The notes under the pieces were generated by a model. It ran no database searches, was not told the origin of the DNA, and saw nothing but the letters and a program-made list of their open reading frames with translations. Shown here in pieces: positions 12,861-26,369 of a stretch of 64,000 nt of DNA. Position 1 is the stretch's first letter, and the number at the start of each line of letters is the position of its first letter. Location of the stretch: assembly GCA_964016885.1 (NCBI GenBank), contig OZ024745.1, forward strand, positions 120,652,001 to 120,716,000, given 5' to 3'. The position numbers were made by a program, and so were the translations under genes. Source of the stretch: Eledone cirrhosa (lineage: Eukaryota).

Positions 12861-13204
12861 TATATATGAGAGGGAGAGGGAGAGAGAGAGAGAGAGACCT
12901 ATGTATACATATAGAGAGAGGTGATAGATAGTAAAGAATTTGGCAATAACAAATAGATATATGTTAAAAATGGAAGTTATGTAAGAAGTTAGTTTAACAT
13001 GACTGAGAAAATGATGTTGGTATAGTCATAGAAGTAAAGCCAGGGATTTATTTGCAGAGAAAATAAATTCAATTTAAGTTAAAGAAAGAATTTCAATTGT
13101 TTAGACTGTCAACATTTTGTTTGTTTTCAATAACTAAAAGAAAAACCATTGCTACAACATTTAACAGAAACAAATACACCAAGAATGTTACAAATATTTA
13201 AAGT

Positions 13205-14262
13205 AATGGTAGTAGTGGTTGTTGTTGTGGTGTTGGTGTTGGTGGTAATGGTTGTTGTGGTGGTGTTGGTGGTGGTGGTAATGGTTGTTGTGATGGTGTT
13301 GGTGGTGGTGGTAATGGTTGCTGTGATGGTATTGGTGGTGGTGGTAATGGTTGTTGTGATGGTGTTGGTGGTGGTGGTAATGGTTGTTGTGATGGTGTTG
13401 GTGGTAGTAGTGGTTGTTGTTATGGTGGTGTTGGTGGTAATGGTTGTTGTGATGGTGGTGGTGGTGGTAGTAATAGTGGTTGTTGTGGTGGTGTTGGTGG
13501 TAGTAGTGGTGGTTGTTGTGTTGGTGTTGGTGGTGGTGGTAGCAGTGGTTGTTGTTGTGGAGGTGTTGGTGGTGGTAGTGGTGGTGGTAATGGTTGTTGT
13601 TGTGGTGGTGGTGGTAATGGTTGTTGTTGTGGTGGTGGTGGTAATGGTTGTTGTTGTGGTGGTGGTGGTGGTGGTGGTGGTGGTGGTAGTTGTTGTTGTT
13701 GTGATGTTGGTGGTAGTAGTGGTGTTGGTGGTGGTGGTGGTGGTAGTTGTTGTGATGTTGGTGATGGTAGTGGTGTTGGTGGTGGTAGTTGTGGTGTTGG
13801 TGGTGGTAGTTGTGGTGTTGGTGGTGTTAGTTGTGGTGTTGGTGGTGTTAGTTGTGGTGTTGGTGGTAATAGTGGTGATGGTAGTTGTGGTGTTAGTGGT
13901 GTTAGTTGTGGTGTTGGTGGTAATAGTGGTGATGGTAGTTGTGGTGTTGGTGGAGGTAGTGGTTGTGGTGTTGGTGGAGATAGTGGTTGTGGTGTTGGTG
14001 GAGATAGTGGTTGTGGTGTTGGTGGTGGTAGTTGTTGTGGTGTTGGTGGTGGTAGTTGTGGTGTTAGTGGTAATAGTGGTGATGGTGGTTGTGGTGTTGG
14101 TGGAGGTAGTGATTGTGGTGTTGGTGGAGGTAGTGGTTGTGGTGTTGGTGGTGGTAGTTGTTATGGTGTTGGTGGTGGTAGTTGTTGTTGTGGTGTTGGT
14201 GGTGGTTGTTGTGGTAGTTGTGGTATTGGTAGTTGTTGTTGTGTTGTTGTTGTTGTTGTGGT
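13205..14262. repeat. Compound (GGT/GTT/GTA)n trinucleotide array
   Basis: About 1.05 kb; produces the poly-Val pseudo-ORF 13149..14267. Confidence 0.95.
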
Positions 14263-14384
14263 ACTAGTGGCAGTGATTTTGGTGGCACTTCCAGAAGTTA
14301 TAAAGAACACTTTTCATCAAAATTCAACATTTCAATCTGAAGACTTGAATATTCAGATTTTAACTAACAACACACTAAATATCA

Positions 14385-15716
14385 GATACCCAGCTACCTA
14401 AATGCCCAGCCACCCAACTACCTAGTTACCCAGCCAGCTAGATACCCAGATACCCTGACATCCAGCTACCCAGCTAACTAGACACTCAGCTACTTAGCTA
14501 ACTAGATACCCAGCTACCTAGCTAACTAGATACCCAGCTAACTAGACACCCATGTACCTAGCTAACTAGATACCCAGGTACCTAGTTAACTAGACACCCA
14601 GCTACCTAGCTAACTAGACACCCAGGTACCTAGCTAACTAGACACTCAGCTAGTTAGCTAACTAGATACCCAGGTACCTAGCTAACTAGACACCTAGGTA
14701 CCTAGCTAACTAGACACCCAGGTACCAAGCTAACTAGATACCCAGGTACCTAGCTAACTAGATACCTAGGTACCTAGCTAACTAGACACCCAGCTACCTA
14801 GCTAACTAGACACCCAGGTACCTAGCTAACTAGACACTCAGCTACTTAGCTAACTAGATACCCAGGTACCTAGCTAACTAGACACCTAGGTACCTAGCTA
14901 ACTAGACACCCAGGTACCAAGCTAACTAGATACCCAGGTACCTAGCTAACTAGATACCCAGGTACCTAGCTAACTAGACACCCAGCTACCTAGCTAACCA
15001 GACACCCAGGTACCTAGCTAACTAGATACCCAGGTACCTAGCTAACTAGATACCCAGGTACCTAGCTAACTAGATACCCAGGTACCTAGCTAACTAGATA
15101 CCCAGGTACCTAGCTAACTAGACACCCAGCTACCTAGCTAACTAGATACCCAGGTACCTAGCTAACTAGATACCCAGGTACCTAGCTAACTAGACACTCA
15201 GCTACTTAGCTAACTAGACACCCAGCTACCTAGCTAACTAGACACCTAGGTACCAAGCTAACTAGATACCCAGGTACCTAGCTAACTAGATACCCAGCTA
15301 CCTAGCTAACCAGACACCCAGGTACCTAGCTAACTAGATACCCAGGTACCTAGCTAACTAGATACCCAGGTACCTAGCTAACTAGATACCCAGGTACCTA
15401 GCTAACTAGATACCCAGGTACCTAGCTAACTAGACACCCAGCTACCTAGCTAACTAGATACCCAGGTACCTAGCTAACTAGATACCCAGGTACCTAGCTA
15501 ACTAGACACTCAGCTACTTAGCTAACTAGACGCCCAGCTACCCAGCTAACTAGACACCCAGCTACCTAGCTAACTAGACACCTAGGTACCTAGCTAACTA
15601 GATACCCAGCCACCTAGCTAACTAGACACCCAGCTACCTAGCTAACTAGACACCCAGGTACCTAGATAACTAGATACCCAGCTACCTAGCTAACTAGACA
15701 CCCAGGTACCTAGATA
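14385..15716. repeat. 24-bp minisatellite (CCAGGTACCTAGCTAACTAGATAC)
   Basis: Roughly 50 or more copies with degenerate left edge. Confidence 0.97.
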
Positions 15717-16751
15717 CTTTGGTTGCATCAATTCATTGCAAAACTAGACTATTTTAATTACACACATTCACCTACACACACACACATCCACATGCATTCA
15801 TACACATTTACATACATTCACTCATTCACATCCATTCATAGACACACACATACATACATACATTCATACACATACACACACATATTCATGCATACACACA
15901 CCACACACATGCATGAATACACACACACACCCACACACACAGGTACGTACATACATACTAACATAAATACAGCTAAATAGAATGTTTAAGTTAAACCTGC
16001 TTTTCTTTTCTCGACATTATAAAATAGCTGGAAGGAATACAACAAACCCTTTGTAAAATGTAACAAAAACAAACTATTTTAAGTTGGGAGGTGATAATAG
16101 TTAGTCTCTGTATTAAATGAAGATGGATGATTTATTTTTGCATAAAAGCACCCAGTCCACCCTGTAAGGTGGTCATACTGGTGCCTTGACAAAAAACATC
16201 CAGTTCACCCTGCAAAGTGTCATACTGGTTCCTTGAGAAAAAGCACCCAGTCCACTTTGAAAAGTGGTCATACTAAAACCATGATAAAAAGCATCCAGTC
16301 CACCCTGTAAGGTGGTACCATGACAAAAAGCACACAGTCCACTCTATAAGGTGGTTGGTGGAAGGGCATCCAGCCATAGAGAGCCAGGCCAAAAATAAAC
16401 TGTATGAGCATGACATAGTCACCTGATCTGTCTGCCCACATAATGTGACAACCAGTCAAACCGATACTAGCAAGGAAAATAGATATTAAGCATTGATGAT
16501 ATCTTTACCAACCCATCACACCACAAAATAATCACTAATATGTCGAGTCAAACAATATGCTTTATGGCATTTGTTTCAATTTTTATAAGTTCAGATCCTG
16601 TGTATAAAATAAAGTACTAGTGAAGAAATGGGGTCAAAGAAATATAACAAAAAATAAAAGTTCAATGGTAAAATGGGGGCGGGGTAGTCAGCTTATATTC
16701 GAGGTTAATATTTTGCCAATATTCACTAATTACAAAATTCTACTAAAATAT

Positions 16752-17255
16752 TTTCACTTTGGAGGTAAATATTACACTTGTTTCACTTTGGGGGTAAATA
16801 TTACACCAGTTTCACTTTGGAGGTAAATATTGTACCTGTTTCACTTTGGCGGTGAAAATATTACACCAGTTTCACTTTGGAGGTAAATATTACACCAGTT
16901 TCACTTTGGAGGTAAATATTACGCCAGTTTCACTTTGGAGGTAAATATTACACCAGTTTCACTTTGGAGGTAAATATTACACCAGTTTCACTTTGGAAGT
17001 AAATATTACACTGGTTTCACTTTGCAGGTAAATATTACACTGGTTTCACTTTGGCGGTGAATATTACACTGGTTTCACTTTGGAGGTGAAAATATTACAC
17101 CAGTTTCACTTTGGAGGTAAATATTACACCAGTTTCACTTTGGAGGTGAATATTACATCAGTTTCACTTAAGAGGTGAATATTACACGGGTTTCACTTTG
17201 GAGGTGAATATTACACCAGTTTCATTTTGTAGGTGAATATTACACTGGTTTTATT
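16752..17255. repeat. 29-bp minisatellite (ttacaccagtttcactttggaggtaaata)
   Basis: About 17 copies. Confidence 0.95.
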
Positions 17256-17669
17256 TTCAACATGAAATTCATATTTCCTCTTGTTTTTCATATTTTGAAT
17301 GAGTATTGACTTCAAAACGGTCAAGAATTGGTAAAAAAAATCTTAAAATAATGGAGTTGTGAAACAAACTATACTCTAAATGACACTAAAAACATTTCAA
17401 ATACCAAAATATTAAAACTTCATAAATGTAGCTGTCACCAACTCTAAATTTAGTTAATATTGGTGCCAGGAATGTTTAGTTTAGTGACAGCAGATTATAA
17501 ACTGGTTTAGTTTTGAACTACTCGCTGTGTAATAAGGTTTATGGTTTAATAACTGGTTTTAATGAACTTTAGTTAATCACGGTAGCTTGAGATGTGGTTT
17601 ATCCTAAAATACTAGGTATAGTTAAATTTATAGACTCACCAGCTAAGTGACTGGCAAAGAGATGCAGGG

Positions 17670-17810
17670 AGATTGTCAACTCCAAGCTAGCTGATGAACA
17701 GTGTGGTTTTCACCCTGGACGCAGCACAGCCTATCAAATATTCACACTGTGGCAGGTCTTCAAGAAATCATGGGAGTATTGCCAAGAAGTATATTCTTGT
17801 TTTGTAGACC
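17670..17810 (+). pseudogene. RTE-clade LINE reverse transcriptase fragment
   Basis: Translates DEQCGFHPGRSTAYQIFTLWQVFKKSWEY, matching the non-LTR RT motif EQxGFRxGRSTxDQIFTL. Confidence 0.8.
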
Positions 17811-19496
17811 TCCTCAAAGATATGACAACCTCTCTAGTGCTGGAGTCATGATAGGACCTCCAGCCTGTCTGGGAGATCAGAAGCCCTGCTTGAGTACTGA
17901 CAAAGTCTGTGAGATCCTGTCCAAGCTTTGCTAGCAAGGAAAATGGATTTTAGATGGTGGTGGTGGTGGTGGTGGTGGTGGTGGTGGTGGTGGTGGTGAT
18001 GATGATGATGATGATCCGAATGTTAATTAACTTATAAAGTGGGACTAGTTCAATATGACCAATATAAACCAAATAGGAAAGAAGATAAGATAATGTAGTA
18101 TCAGATCATGAGTCACAGGTCCATAGCCATTGTAGATATATTATTATATCTATGGACAAGATTTAATTTTACATATTTCACTTTACTTAAATGTTAAGGT
18201 GGATAACAAATATTTTGAGAATATTAGCTGTGATAGAGCAGTTTCCTTTTTCAGCTCAATGTCACCACTGAAACTGAAACTCTCACTTTGTGAGTCACCT
18301 CTCTCAAGCATAAAGCATTCTTTTGATTGATTTTTTTAGTCAATTGTTTTCTAACTAGATTGGTTGAAATGAGAAAAGATCTATCAAACACAATTCAAAA
18401 TACAGAACAACAAACAGCAGCAACAGCAGGTATTTTAAGGCTATTTTTCCCTTGCTTAAAACAGGGTTAGCCTGCAGGCCCCCATGAAAAGCTTCATGCC
18501 ATCATGGTTTTCTTTTTTTAAGTAATATTTTATAGATGGATTCCTTTCTTAGTGCCTATCTAGCATTTTAGTCACCTTTTATAACATACAAGGAGCAACA
18601 ACATTAAATATAGGATCATCATCATCATCATCAACGTTCCATGCTTGCATGGGTTTGGACGGGGGTTTTCCCACTTGAGGCAAGAGTGATTATCTTGCTC
18701 GCATAGGACTATCTGGCAGGTTTTCTACAGCTGGATGCCCTTCCTAACACCAACCACATTTACAGTATAGGATATAAATATGAATAAAATACATCATGGT
18801 CTGACCATGATTTGTAAATCACATCATCATCTTCATAATTATCATCTAACATCCATTTTTCCACACTTGCATGGGTTAGACAGATTGTTACATCATGAGA
18901 CAAGTTGGTCTGGAGACCAACGAGCTCATACAGATCAGTATTTTGGCTTGGTTTCTACAGTTGGATGCTCTTCCTAACACCAACCAGGTTAGAGTGTGGA
19001 CTGGGTGCTTTTTATCATGGCATCAAAACAACAACCCAGGGTGGACTGGGTGCTTTTTGTCATGTCAACATCAGATGATCTTATTGGGTAAATGGGTTTC
19101 TTGATTAACAAGAGGAGGTGCAGACAGAAGAGAAGAGAATCTGATACTAAGAGATATCTGAAAGATGAAGAATATAATAACAGAACGTATAACTCCTCAG
19201 AGAAACAGCAATCATTTATACTTTTAATAATTATTTTTGCATGTGGTGCAATCTAAGATGTTTTTATGATGCAAAGTCTCACAGGTAAGGCTGCATCAAG
19301 AACTAGTCAATTACGACGAAAAAGTATAAACATGTGTGTGTGTACGTAAAGAGAGAAGGAGAGAGAGAGAGAAAGAGAGATAGTAGAATTTGAGGAAACT
19401 GGTGATGTCCTGCATCAGCAAAAAATATTACATATAATTAAAAAATGGGAACATTAAAAAATGTAACTTATATTATTTGGATTATATATACATATA

Positions 19497-19700
19497 TATT
19501 TAATATAGAAATGGCTTCTACAGGACTAGAACTGTTTCATTCTGGAGAAATCATCAGGAAAGCCTTGAAATCTTTCCTGATGATTTCTCCAGAATGTAAC
19601 AGATCTAGTCCTGTAGAAGCCATTTCTATATTAAATACTTATACTCTGCTATGTATTGAGTACCTTACTGTGGTTACGCCCAATTGAACCTGGGATAAAC
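19497..19700 (+). mobile_element. Palindrome-headed hammerhead element
   Basis: 66-bp arms 19497-19562/19572-19637 with 2 mismatches; each arm has CTGATGA...GAAAC (or GTAAC)...CTGTA; tail carries tattgagtac. Confidence 0.8.
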
Positions 19701-19798
19701 ATGTTTTGTGTGTGTGTGCGCGCATGCGTGTGTGTGTGTGTCTCGTTTTTATATTTGTTTTGAAAGATTTTTTATCTGAAAATGTGTCTTCAAACAGA

Positions 19799-20322
19799 CA
19801 TTGTTATACTTTGGGAGGATCAATAAACAATACATGCACTTGTTAGGTTTCACTTCAATTTATTATTATAATTTCCCAGTCAGTAAGTTTAATAAGCAGA
19901 TAGTTGTTTAATTGTTGATTGTCATCAAAGCTCTTTAGTTCTTATGTGTCGTTATATTACTACGTTGTGGGGTTGTTACTATTCCACTTTTGCTTTATAT
20001 TTAGTTTTCAGTTTGTTTATGTTTGTTGATTTAGTTATCTGTTGGAGCATTGCTTCTGTTCTGTGTGTAAAGATAAAGACACACGAGAACTAAACAAGGC
20101 AGGGGCAACCTTTTTCAAGCAGTGGCCCACTTAGGATGTGACTCATCATAAGATGGGCCACACTACTAAAAAAATTCAAGGCAATTTTTAAATTAGGCGC
20201 GTCATTCAGAAAGACAAATAGTTATTAAACTAACTGAATAGGAAATTATAATAAATTGAAGTGAAACCAAACAGGTGTGTGTGTTGTATTTGCAGCATAA
20301 CTATCCCAAAGTATAACAATAT
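19799..20322. mobile_element. hAT-like non-autonomous fragments with an internal inverted copy
   Basis: caggggcaaccttttt terminus near 20100; 19799-19880 is inverted relative to 20240-20320. Confidence 0.5.
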
Positions 20323-20334
20323 GTGTGTGTGTGA

Positions 20335-20368
<34 letters not shown>

Positions 20369-21984
20369 CTGGTTGGTGCGAGCAATAACTAAATAAAGTT
20401 ATTGGGACAAGTAAAATAGCGTGAAGCGAGTGAGACATGTAAACAAACAAAGATGGTATTGCAACGGAAAGATAGGAAGAGAGATGTACATGATATCTGT
20501 AAGCTGAAGCTTGGTGAAATCATGGGCTAGAGATACAGACCATCCGACATGGGTGAGGTGTGAGCGAGAAAAGGATTTCACACAGGTCAAACGGAGGAAG
20601 TGAGAGAGGGGGAGAAGCAGAGAGTGAGTGAGTGGACGTGTGAGGAAGAGGCCAGCTGAGAGAGAGTGTGACTGGCAGAGGGGGTAAAAAGAAGGTGAGA
20701 GATATAGAGCAGCAAACAAAGTAATGTAAGAACACCTGCTCTAATATTCTAGATTGTGCCTTGTTATGGATGGCTATTTGAGAAAACAAAAACAATACAA
20801 TGTCATGTAGAGTTTAATTCAGTGTCTGCTAACACTACCATAACAAACATTTTGAAGCAACGGGACTTAAAATATTCCAACAGCCAGCCACATTCCAGTC
20901 TCCTAGAGATTTTTTATAATAACCTTACCTCTACTGAAGGTCTCATTAAAGAACACCCAAACGACATGGAGAAGTTCCAAAATTGAAAGGTTAGATAGAG
21001 ATTAACAGATATTATTTGCCAGGAATAAGTTAGGGCAGTGGATTGCCAGTATCGGTACAGGGTTGGACGCCATGCTTTGCAGCATAGAGTTACGGCCTTT
21101 TATAATTTGAGTTCAAATTCCGCCGAAGTTAACTTTGCCTTTCATCCTTATGGAGCCAATAAAATATAGCACCAGTAATGCACTGGGGTAATTGCTGGCC
21201 TTGTGCCAAAAGTAGAAACAATTATTGCCAAGAATGTTATACAAATAAATAAATTAATAAACTCAGTTTTATACATGTCAATATTAAAACTATGTTGGCA
21301 GAGATTATATTTATATTGCTGCAAACATTATGGCATTTGTAAGAAATTGCACTAGTTACACTCTGCATTGGCTTCTACAATTGCACTTGGAACTCTTTTA
21401 TTAAGCCTTTCATTATCATATTTCTAATGAAAGATATTGCCTATGATCTTTTGATAATCTTGAAAATTATCAAGAATTTGGAAGGATTTAGTAATAAACT
21501 CATTATTTAGATGGGGTTTAGAACAAAATATAAATTTCTCATTATTCAGCTGGGACTTGAAACAAAACTTTACTGATGTTCATACATGAAATTATGATGA
21601 ATGATTTTTTTAGATAAATATAAACACTTTAAAATAAACAGATTTGTATCATAGAACAAAGGAAATTTCCAACAATTTTGTATCAGAAGAGTGAAAAAGA
21701 GTAATTTTACAGTAAAAGCACTTTACTTTCTATAAAGCATTACATTCCATTCCACAAGCAGAAAGCCATATAAGAAGGTTAGAAATGAAGTGTTTGTAAT
21801 TAAATCTAGTCGGGTATACATCCAGAAATAAACACCTGATGACAATTAACCAAAACATAGTATTGATGTCAGTGTCATTAATACATAACACCTGATGGAG
21901 TCATAGGGGTGCCATTGTTGGGCATTTTAAACCTGGTGGCAATCATCCCTCTCCAGCTTTGGCCACAGTCGGTTTCTCTGAGAG

Positions 21985-22312
21985 AGAGAAGGGGCGGAGG
22001 AGGAGGAGGAGGAGGAGGGGGAGGTGGAGAAGAAGGAGAAGAAGGAGAAGAAGAAGAAGAAAAAGAAAAAGAAGGAAAAAAAGAAAAAGAAAAAGAAAAA
22101 AAAGAGAAAAAAAAGAGAAAAAGAAAAAGAAGAAAAAGAAGAAAAAGAAGAAAAAAAAGAAAAAGAAGAAGAAGAAGAAGAAGAAGAAGAAGAAGAAGAA
22201 GAAGAAGAAGAAGAAGAAGAAGAAAAAGAAGAAGAAGAAGAAGAAGAAGAAGAAGAAGAAGAAGAAGAAGAAGAAGAAGAAGAAGAAAAAGAAGAAGAAG
22301 AAGAAGAAGAAA
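21985..22312. repeat. (GGA)n/(GAAAAA)n/(GAA)n polypurine tract inside a SINE
   Basis: SINE tail sequence at 21875-21980 and SINE core/head remnants at 22315-22425 flank the tract. Confidence 0.9.
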
Positions 22313-23119
22313 CCCAATCATTTATCAACTCTAAAAACCCTAAAAAGTTGAAGTGGGATTCAAACTGAGAGAAGAGTTGAACCAAATACCGCAAAACATT
22401 CTGACATTCTAATGACACTACCACTTCACTACATTGGTGTAGATGTAAATATTTTTAAAATGTTTAATCTCTAAAGATTAGATTAATAGTATGACTAATG
22501 ATAATCTTATTATCTGTAATATTTAGATATTTAATTGAAAAGTAAGAGGAATTAGTATGATGACAGAAGTATAAATGTCACACACAGGCATCATCATCAT
22601 CATCATCATTTAATGTCCATTTTCCCACCTCTGCATGGGTCAGACAGGTTGTCACATTATGAGGCAAGTCAGGTCCTGAGACCATGCCAAGCTCATACGG
22701 ATCTGTATTTTGGCTTGATTTCTACAGCTGGGTACTTTTCCTAATGCCAACCATATTACAGTGTGCACTGGGTGCTTTTTGTCGTGTCAGCAGCATGACC
22801 ACCTCACAGGGTGGACTGGGTCCTTTTCCTTGTGTCACCAACACAACTGCTTTGCAGGATAGCATGCGTAGCCTGTCTTCAAAATAAGAATTTAAACTAA
22901 CTTAGTGACTTATCTACTGTGATATTTAGCTATTTAATCGATAGGTAAGAGGAATTATTATCACAAAAGGATGAATGTCACACAGAAGCAGGTATAACAT
23001 AAGATAAAATGTCTTGAAAGTGAGGTGAGAAACTGAATTGTAGATTTGTTCCACTGGGAATGTACAGTGCTTAGCTAATTACTGTGACTTAGAAACCTTA
23101 CATCAGACAGCCACTACTT

Positions 23120-23450
23120 TTTATCATTATCATCATCATCCGGCAGCCTCAGCCGAAATCGACTCAACAATTGATCTCCATGTAGGTCTGTTGTTAATTG
23201 CCGTTACCAAGTCCTGGATTTCAACACCAGAATCTCTGGAGATGACATCAGGGTAGGAGAGCTTGTTCCCCCTGTTATTAGTGACTGCTTGTGCTTTCCA
23301 AAGCACTAATGGGGACACAGCTTTGTAGGTGGCATAATGGCAGTGGCCAGCAAATCTTACTCTCCTTTTACGTACAGTGACAGATATGCGTGGGAGGCCG
23401 GCATATATCTCTCTCAAAGACAGATGTTGCCAGCTTATGTTCTCCAACAA
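23120..23450 (-). pseudogene. RTE/RTEX-type LINE 3' end
   Basis: NISWQ...VRKRRVRFAGHC...RG...YPDVISRD C-terminus followed by (GAT)n tail. Confidence 0.8.
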
Positions 23451-23613
23451 TGACTACAGGATTTTTTCAACAAGAAAATACACTTGCTATAGGAATGGAA
23501 CTTCATTAGTTTCTATGATAGGTGTTCCATGTGTTTCATCAATAGAACAGCCTGCACATGAAATTAATGTGTAAGTGGTAGTGTATTCCACAGACATGTG
23601 CAACCATAACATA

Positions 23614-23777
23614 CCGTATTTCCCGGTATCGAAGACGCTACTTTTTTCTTAAAATAAGTCTCAAAAATCTACCATGCGTCCTGGAGGTCGAAGGTTGTTT
23701 ATTATTTTTTTTTCAAAATTTTTGGTTGTCAAAATTAGGGTGCGTCCTCGAGGATGAAGCGTCTTCGGCAAATATGG
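23614..23777. mobile_element. Tc2/pogo-like MITE inserted in a SINE
   Basis: TA-CCGTATTT ... AAATATGG termini with gacgc/gcgtc subterminal repeats. Confidence 0.7.
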
Positions 23778-24859
23778 TCATTCTCAGGGAGATTCGGCAT
23801 GACACAATTAATCTGACAGGCTTCTAAATAGTTTTCGTATACCCAATTTCACTGGCATGGGTCATCCTGAGGCTATGGCAAATGACACTTGCTCAAGATA
23901 CCTCAGAGGGACCTAATGATTATAAAGCAAACTCCTTAAGCAATCGGCCCTGCTGTACTCACACACTTGCTACATATATATTAAGGAAACAAAAGATTAC
24001 AACTCGCAAGTAAAACCTTCAGAAGCTTTATAAGTGTTGGATCTTACAATCTTTAATGCAGTGATTCTCAATGTGGGGTGAATGTCCCACAGGGGAGCAA
24101 TTTGAATATCTAAGTGGGGCAATTTGAAAATGATGTTAATGAGAACAAACTTCAAGTTTGACCTTATTACTTTTACACCAAGGCATTTTTGGTTCACATT
24201 CCTATCAGAAACTCCTGTCTCACCTCTTCCACATGTCATTGTGCATCTGGCACCACTTATACACCAATTTGCTTACATTTGCAGTTGATCATTAGTTTTC
24301 TTATCAAAGAGGAGCACAACAATTTTTGTGATGTTCAGGTGGAGCATGGTGCACAAAAGTTTGGGCACCACTGCTCTAATGGTCTCTTACGTGACCACAA
24401 ATATATATCTAATCTATCTAACATAACTAAAACTACATCTCAAACATTTAGCTTCCTCTTCAGTTCCAACAACTCAGCTTTGAACACCTGTTGATGCTAT
24501 ATAATCACACATACGTTCTACATTAGAGTACTGTTTACATAATTAGGTCAGGGTAGCTAATACATATATGAATATTCTAAAGTACATTGCCCCCGTCCCA
24601 CCTCCTCAGTCACCTCACTGATCAGCAAACCTTCATTCACTGTTTGTTGTAGTTACAGCAATGATTTCTACATTTCTTAACTACCAAAGTGTGCCACACC
24701 TGATTCCCTTTCCAATGGTTGCAGGTGCCATCTTACTGGGCAGTACCTTAAGTAGTGTCTACTACTCTACCTTCAGGCTGATCAATACCTTAGAAGTAAA
24801 GTTTAGTAGTCAAGAATTGTGTGTGTATATATGTGTGTGTATATATGTGTGTGTATATG

Positions 24860-25080
24860 TGTCGCTGTGTTCAAAGAGAACCAGTGAACTATGATGTCCA
24901 TGGTGTTGTGAGGGTTCACAGGCAACCTGGTGCAGGACCTCAAGCCAGGGAGATCCATAGTTGTCTTCAGTGTGCGAAGGAGTGCAAGTCTCTAGCAGGC
25001 TTGAAAAGCCACATCCGAGCGTCCCACATCTGAATCTGACAAGTGATTGCAATACTCTTGGCAGAGTTTACAGCCATCAT
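24860..25080 (+). mobile_element. RTE-BovB-like LINE extreme 3' end
   Basis: CLQCAKECKSLAGLKSHIRASH, a terminal C2H2-like motif typical of RTE ORF ends. Confidence 0.55.
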
Positions 25081-25254
25081 ATATGTGTATGTATATATCT
25101 GAGTGTGTATATATGTGTGTGTATATATGTGTATGTATATATCTGAGTGTGTATGTATATATCTGAGTGTGTACTGTTGTAAACCTCTGCTTCAAGCTAC
25201 ACTCCTTTATACTAAAATAGTCAAAACTTAGCCAATTAATAAACAATCCAATGG

Positions 25255-25986
25255 TCAAAACCATTAAGATACTACCCCAGTATGGCCACAGTCTCATGAC
25301 TGAAACCATTACGATACTACCCCAGTATGGCCACAGTCCTATGACTGAAACCATTACGATACTACCCCAGTATGGCCACAGTATAATGACTGAAAGCAGT
25401 ACGATACTACCCCAGTATGGCCACAGTATAATGACTGAAAGCAGTACGATACTACCCCAGTATGGCCACAGTCTAATGACTGAAAGCATTACGATAGTGC
25501 TCCAGTATAGCCACAGTATAATGACTGAAACCATTACAATACTACCCCAGTATGGCCACAGTATAATGACTGAAACTATTAAGATACTACCCCAGTATGG
25601 CCACAGTATAATGACTGAAACTATTAAGATACTACCCCAGTATGGCCACAGTATAATGACTGAAACCATTACGATACTACCCCAGTATGGCCACAGTATA
25701 ATGACTGAAACCATTACAATACTACTCCAGTATGGCCACAGTATAATGACTGAAAGCATTACGATACTGCTCCAGTATGGCCACAGTATAATGACTGAAA
25801 CCATTACGATACTACCCCAGTATGGCCACAGTCTAATTACTGAAACCATTACGATACTACTCCAGTATGGCCACAGTCTAATGACTGAAAGCATTACGAT
25901 ACTACTCCAGTATGGCCGCAGTCTAATGACTGAAAGCATTATGATACTACCCCAGTATGGCCACAGTCTAATGACGAAAGCATTAA
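25255..25986. repeat. 45-bp minisatellite derived from a SINE 3' tail
   Basis: About 16 copies of ccattacgatactaccccagtatggccacagtataatgactgaaa; monomer-like sequence at about 2087 and 37740. Confidence 0.95.
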
Positions 25987-26355
25987 GAGAAAAGGTCAGG
26001 GAATGGTGTAAAGACAAATATAAAGCAAATAAATAAATGTTTGGGTTTTTTTAGTATAAAAAAAAATATTTTCCTGAGGAGGACTGAACAAATTTGATAA
26101 AACTGCAAGGCTTGAACATATCTTGTATGTCTGCCTAATCAAGCTATAGATTTACAACTGATAGGAATAACTGAAAATTGTACAATAAAACCAAATAAAT
26201 CCTCTTATTGCTTTCAAAGTACTAACTCTAGACAGACTAGTAATCATAATAGTATGCAAATAAACTGGAAGTAAAATAAAGTAGAGAAAAATGAAGTAGC
26301 CTGCATTGTTGCCATACAGTGAGCCAATCTCTCTGCTGACAATAGTAAGCAACCT

Positions 26356-26369
26356 GTTACCAAGGTAAC
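26356..26369. promoter_or_regulatory. RFX X-box-like palindrome GTTACCAAGGTAAC
   Basis: Matches GTNRCC-N-RGYAAC in non-repetitive sequence. Confidence 0.4.

Noticed and set aside
13149-14267. 372-aa poly-Val ORF, or Thr-rich mucin-like frame on the minus strand
   Set aside because: Trinucleotide microsatellite with no non-repetitive domain or convincing splice sites
21878-22424. Poly-K/E/R/S/F/L ORFs
   Set aside because: Artefacts of the (GAA)n tract
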